From Zancudomyces culisetae HAW-14-8 (Eukaryota > Fungi > Kickxellomycota), in NCBI GenBank assembly GCA_052426225.1, contig JBNJNM010000023.1:868001-932000 (forward strand): a stretch of DNA of 64,000 nt. Direction: 5' to 3'. The translations under genes and the position numbers were made by a program. How positions within the stretch are numbered: position 1 is the stretch's first letter; every line of letters starts with the position of its first letter. Shown piece after piece: positions 58,978 to 64,000 of the stretch. The notes under the pieces are model-generated. The model saw nothing but the letters and a program-made list of their open reading frames with translations. It ran no database searches and was not told the DNA's origin.

Positions 58978-59948
58978 TATTTGTTATTTGTTTTTTGTTT
59001 TTTACACTTCTTTTTTATTGTGCGGATGTTATTCGATTGATGTTTACGAAATGTATGTATAAAATGCAAATCTGAATGATTTTATGAATGTATGTAGAAT
59101 ATAGAATGTAGAATGTAAAATGTAATTGCAGATATGCTACTTGAAATATTGCAAATGAAACAATTGAAAAAGCTGTTGTATATGATAAACAACTAAATTA
59201 AGGATGGGGGTTGTTGTTGGGTTTATATACTTGAGGGTTTAGTAAGTACATAATATCATGTTTTCAGATAGTGGTTAAAGTAAATTAGTGTTATACTTAT
59301 TATTATTGTTTGGTTATTAATATTATTGTTTAGATATTAATGTTATTGTTTAGATATAATTTGAGGTGTTTGAACTGATGGCGGTGGTAAACAAAGCTAA
59401 AGGATAATAGGTACTAGCTATTTAAAGTTGCAGGTTAGATGGAGAAAGAAGTGTAATGCTTGTGGAGAGTAAAAAATATTACAGGATATAGATTATAGTT
59501 TTTGCGTTACTACATAAACTGAGTTTTTATTTGCGCCAGATTATTGTAACTGAGCTTAACGATTTATTGAATATTTGGTACAGTATAAAAAATAATAATG
59601 ACAATGGAAATGACAGGTACCCAGCATTTTATGCAAAAAGATAAATTGTATGATTATTGTTACTAATGGCTAAATTCGCATGAAAATGAAGATATAGTTG
59701 TTATTATTGCACTTGCCATTATGCTCTACAAATGATCTAAAGATGCTAATACTACTACAACTACAACTACAACTATTGTTATTATTGTTATTATTATAGT
59801 TATTATTATTATTTTGCTTGGTGAATTACAAATTCAATACCATACAAAACTATAGAAAAAATTAAAGCATGCATAGCATTCTATTTTATCAATGCCATCC
59901 CGTTCCAATAAATAATTTAGTGATAAGTTATGGAAATGTATTAAAAGG

Positions 59949-60092
59949 TTTAAAGGCTTAAGAGTTTAAAGGCATAAGGGTTTAAAGGCATAAGGGTTTA
60001 AAGGCTTAAGAGTTTAAAGGCTTAAGAGTTTAAAGGCTTAAGAGTTTAAAGGCTTAAGAGTTTAAAGGCTTAAGGGTTTAAAGGCTTAAGAG
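59949..60092 (+). repeat. 16-bp minisatellite x9
   Basis: Paralog of 35731-35842. Confidence 0.85.
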
Positions 60093-60890
60093 TTTAATAG
60101 TTTGTATTCAATAGCTGATTTGATTGATAATGTTGTTTGTATAGCCTATACTTTTAAAATGGACTAACTTGTATCTATGATTCCTCATTAAATAATATGT
60201 TGTAAATTGTAAATCAAACGATTTAAATCCGACATGAATACCTTAGATAGTTAATATAAAAAAGATATATAAAAGCTAATAAATAATAGTTAAAAACAAT
60301 ACTATGGTACTGTTATTATTTATTTTTATTTTAGTAGTGTGTATGTTGTAGTAATATCAAAAGTAATCAAAAACCTGAAAACAGAATCAGTAAGATATGT
60401 CATAAAAACTGGTATGAACAACTTGTAAGTTGGAGTATTTAGACAAATATTAAATATACTTTACTGTTTATGAATCATGTAAATGACACATATAAACCAT
60501 AAATAATTTATAAAAGCTTTAGAAATGAATAAACGATTAAATGCTAAAAAAAAACTATAATAGAATTGTAGTGAACTGAGGAGGGGGGAGGGAGGGGTGT
60601 TATATTACACAGCGTAATGTGGATAAGCCAAATAGATTGTAAAAGCTAGTGGATTTAATATTCGGAACAAAATAAAAAGCAAAAGAATGAAAAGTGGAGT
60701 GGGGGGAGGAAAAGGGGAGAGTAAAGCTAATAAGCATGAATATTTACATGTTTATTAAAAATCACAAATTTAGTTATATATTAAAGATGATAACGCTTCC
60801 AAAAAATTAAACGAATTAAAGAAAGAAACAAAAAAAGAGATAGAGGCACATATAGGATTGAAAATTGATGGGTTATAAAGTGCTGGATCT

Positions 60891-61526
60891 TTAATTCATG
60901 CGACCACAAAACGTTTGGGCCCAATAATTCCCGTACTTGGCCCATCCAAACCATTCGTAATTGCCAAGGATATTTGCACGATGCCCTGGCGAATTCATCC
61001 ACATGGCCATAACATTAGAAACAGTACCTCGTGAATGAGCAGCAACATTTTCAGCGATCATGACACAATTTACCTTAGCGGCTTTAAATCGCTCATTGAA
61101 CGAGCTATAATTGGAGTTGTCGTGGGTCATCGTTTTTATCGAATCCATGTATTTGGCTTGTTCCACTGCTGCCGCGTTTAAAGTTGAATGAATTTTGAGT
61201 GGTGGCTTTCCATTGCTACTGCGAGCGCTATTGACGGCATTTAACATTTCTGTTTCCATAGAACTGGATGGTGCTTGTGGTTGTTGTGGTTGCTGTGGTT
61301 GTTGCGGTTTTTGCGGTTGTTGCGGTTGTTGTGATTGTTGTGGTTTTTGTGCTGGAGCAGTATATACAGGCTTTGCAATAGGTGTTGGTTGGTTGTTACA
61401 TTTTGGCTGAATTGTAACAGGGCTGCGTGTAAGGAAGATCGTTTTTGTTGAACAAGCAGGCTTTCTACGTGGTTGATAGTACCACGGATTATATGCGTTG
61501 GGTATAACATCATTAGATAATCCAAG

Positions 61527-61567
<41 letters not shown>

Positions 61568-62090
61568 CTTGTTGATTTGACTCCAATGTATCGTTACCAA
61601 TATTATCACTATCACTATCGCTATCGCTATCGCCATTACTACTACTATTGTCACTATCACCATTACCATCATTGTTTTGAATGTTATATCCAGGTGTTGG
61701 TTGTAAATCAGTACGTCGTACTTTTGTGTGTGGAGGTCTTTTGTATTTAGAATAGACTTGTACAATCTGACCGTTTTTCAGGGTCATTGGTGTCAACTGA
61801 TAACTTGCGTTATTTGGTTGTACTTTTGGCTGTGGTTTTGATATTACATTTTGCTGCACATTTGGTTGTGTTTGTATAGGTCTTGATGCCAACCCAAGCC
61901 CAGGCCCAGGTCCTGATCCTGATCCTGATCCTGATCCTGATCCTAATCCTGATCCAAGTCCTGATCCAAGTCCTGATGCTGTATGTTGCAACAAGTTGTT
62001 ACCTGCATCATTGTTGTTCATATTGATAAAACTCGCTGATGTAATACCACCAGCTGATACCAACAAACAATACCCGGTAATGATCTTCAT
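60891..62090 (-). CDS. Secreted CAP/SCP-domain protein, copy 5
   Basis: Same architecture, longer GS and poly-Q tracts, WMNSPGHRANILG. Confidence 0.9.
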
Positions 62091-63420
62091 TATTTGTTAT
62101 TTGCTCTTTACACTTCTTTTTTATTGTGCGAATGTTATTCGATTGATGTTTATAAAATGTATGTATAAAATGCAAATCTGAATGATTTTATGAATGTATG
62201 TAGAATATAGAATGTAGAATGTAAAATGTAATTGCAGATATGCTACTTGAAATATTGCAAATGAAACAATTGAAAAAGCTGTTGTATATGATAAACAACT
62301 AAATTAAGGATGGGGGTTGTTGTTGGGTTTATATACTTGAGGGTTTAGTAAGTACATAATATCATGTTTTCAGATAGTGGTTAAAGTATGTTAGTATAAT
62401 ACTTAATATTATTATTTGGTTATTAATGCTATTGTTTAGATATTAATGTTATTGTTTAGATATAATTTGAGGTGTTTGAACTGATGGCGGTGGTAAACAA
62501 AGCTAAAGGATAATAGGTAGTAACTATTTAAAGTTGTAGATTACAGGTTGCAGATTACAGATTGGAGGAGTGGAAGATGGGAGTGGGAATGTTTATGGTG
62601 GATGAAAAGTATTATAGGATATAAATTAACGGGGTGTTTGGTAGTTAAATGGACTATAAGATTGTAAAATTTAAGGAATATGAAGTATTGAAATATAGAT
62701 AGAATATAGATTACCATTAATATCATTATTTTTTATCTATTTTTGCATTGTAATCAATGATAATTGGGGATGGGTGGATGGGGGACATTATAAAAAGGCT
62801 TATATCAGTGTCGTGGAGGATTGAAAGGAGGGAAGGATATTATTTTATGCAAAGGAAAAAAGAAAAATAAATTTGTTTTGCCATGCCATGCCATGCCATT
62901 ATATGCTATGCTATGCTAAATGGCTAATTTAGCATGAATCGTTAGATACATAAAAAAAAAAAGACAGATAACATATATATTCAAGCCACATAAAAGATTT
63001 GATCCACCATCATTTTAATCTTTAACCTTTAACCTTTAACCTTTAAATATATTTTTTGTTTCCACATTTATTGATGAGGTTAAATGGATGAATAAAGGAT
63101 GGTGGGAGGAGGGGGGGGGGAGGTTATTAAAGCAACAAATTGTAAAAGAGTAGAAAATTGTAAGGAAATAGAGGATTGGGTGATAAAAATTGATTTTAAT
63201 ACTGCATAGATTAGAGCTTCACTTCTACACTTACACTACATTTTACTGTACTGTACTGTAATACAATACACTACACTATACTATACTATACTGGACATGG
63301 GTTTTTTTTTTGTTGATTAAATCAAAGAAAAAAAAGAGTTTAATAATATTAATGATAATGATAATGAAAAAAACAAAAACAAAAACAAAAACAAAATAAT
63401 AATAATAATGTATAAAAGTT

Positions 63421-64000
63421 TTAGAGTTGATCAAGAGGTCTACCTAAATTATCAAGAGGTTTAGGTTTATAAATTCTGACAAGCAAGTTTTCAGAGGAAT
63501 AGACTTCTTCAAAATAGTCAAGAGAGACGGAGGAAGGGAGACGTTGGTTACGGGTACGATCGGCGCCATTGGGACCCATAACATCATGGAGTTTGAAGTA
63601 GGTGAATTTGTGCATGATGGACTGTTTCATTTTTTGGGTGGCAGAGTCGCCAATGGCGTACTGGCCAGAGGGGGTGTAGAAGAGGCCTTCTTGGAGGTCG
63701 TCGGGGTAGACGTTTTGGCCAATACGGATCATCCAGATGAACTTGTTGATGTCGTCGCCAGAGTAGCTGAGCATGCCGCCGTAGACGACGAGGGCGTAGT
63801 CGATGTCGAGGGAGGACATGATGGAGTGGGCGGAGCGTTCGTCGGAGGCGAGGATGCGGGCGACGGTGGCGATGTGGGTGTTGTTCCAGGTGTTGTTGTC
63901 GACCAAGGTGGTTCGGTCGGCAAAGCCAGCGAGTTGGTAGCCGTAGTCCCACCAGGACATGACTTTGGAATCGGGGTGGGAGTTTTTGCGTAGCCAGTAG
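63421..64000 (-). CDS. STT3: Oligosaccharyltransferase catalytic subunit STT3, 3' part (runs off the window)
   Basis: MSWWDYGYQ, TLVDNNTWNNTHIA and YSGDDINKFIWMIRI. Confidence 0.97.
   Translation of the reverse strand, partial: YWLRKNSHPDSKVMSWWDYGYQLAGFADRTTLVDNNTWNNTHIATVARILASDERSAHSIMSSLDIDYALVVYGGMLSYSGDDINKFIWMIRIGQNVYPDDLQEGLFYTPSGQYAIGDSATQKMKQSIMHKFTYFKLHDVMGPNGADRTRNQRLPSSVSLDYFEEVYSSENLLVRIYKPKPLDNLGRPLDQL

Noticed and set aside
63544-63993. Antisense and alternative-frame ORFs over STT3
   Set aside because: Shadow ORFs caused by the C-ending codon bias.

Overview
AT-rich eukaryotic DNA with short GT-AG introns. The gene content is fungal. Rab18, DIRS and chromoviruses point to an early-diverging fungus, possibly Zoopagomycota/Harpellales (inference only). 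1-27.5 kb holds housekeeping genes: an orphan membrane protein, two head-to-head ALYREF/Yra1-like RRM paralogs, a SWAP-family splicing factor, SFP1, RAB18, U4 snRNA, a tandem tRNA-Asp/tRNA-Glu pair, an Ash1-like GATA factor and SEC66. 27.8-62.1 kb is a tandem array of five minus-strand secreted CAP/SCP-domain genes that are mosaic and have hypervariable CAP domains. A ~20.9-kb nest of transposons interrupts the array. The outer element is a DIRS1-type tyrosine-recombinase retrotransposon (36351-57220). Inside it is a minus-strand chromovirus (A), which contains two Tc1 transposons, an orphan LTR (D), a 5'-truncated chromovirus (B) and an intact young chromovirus (C). The window ends in the 3' part of STT3. 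The most notable observations are: an antisense tRNA-like Pol III unit in the 3' UTR of chromovirus C; Tf1-type self-priming signals in A and C; a ~95-bp diverged host duplication around the DIRS element; and CAP-domain-restricted diversification. All calls come from reading the sequence; no database searches were run.
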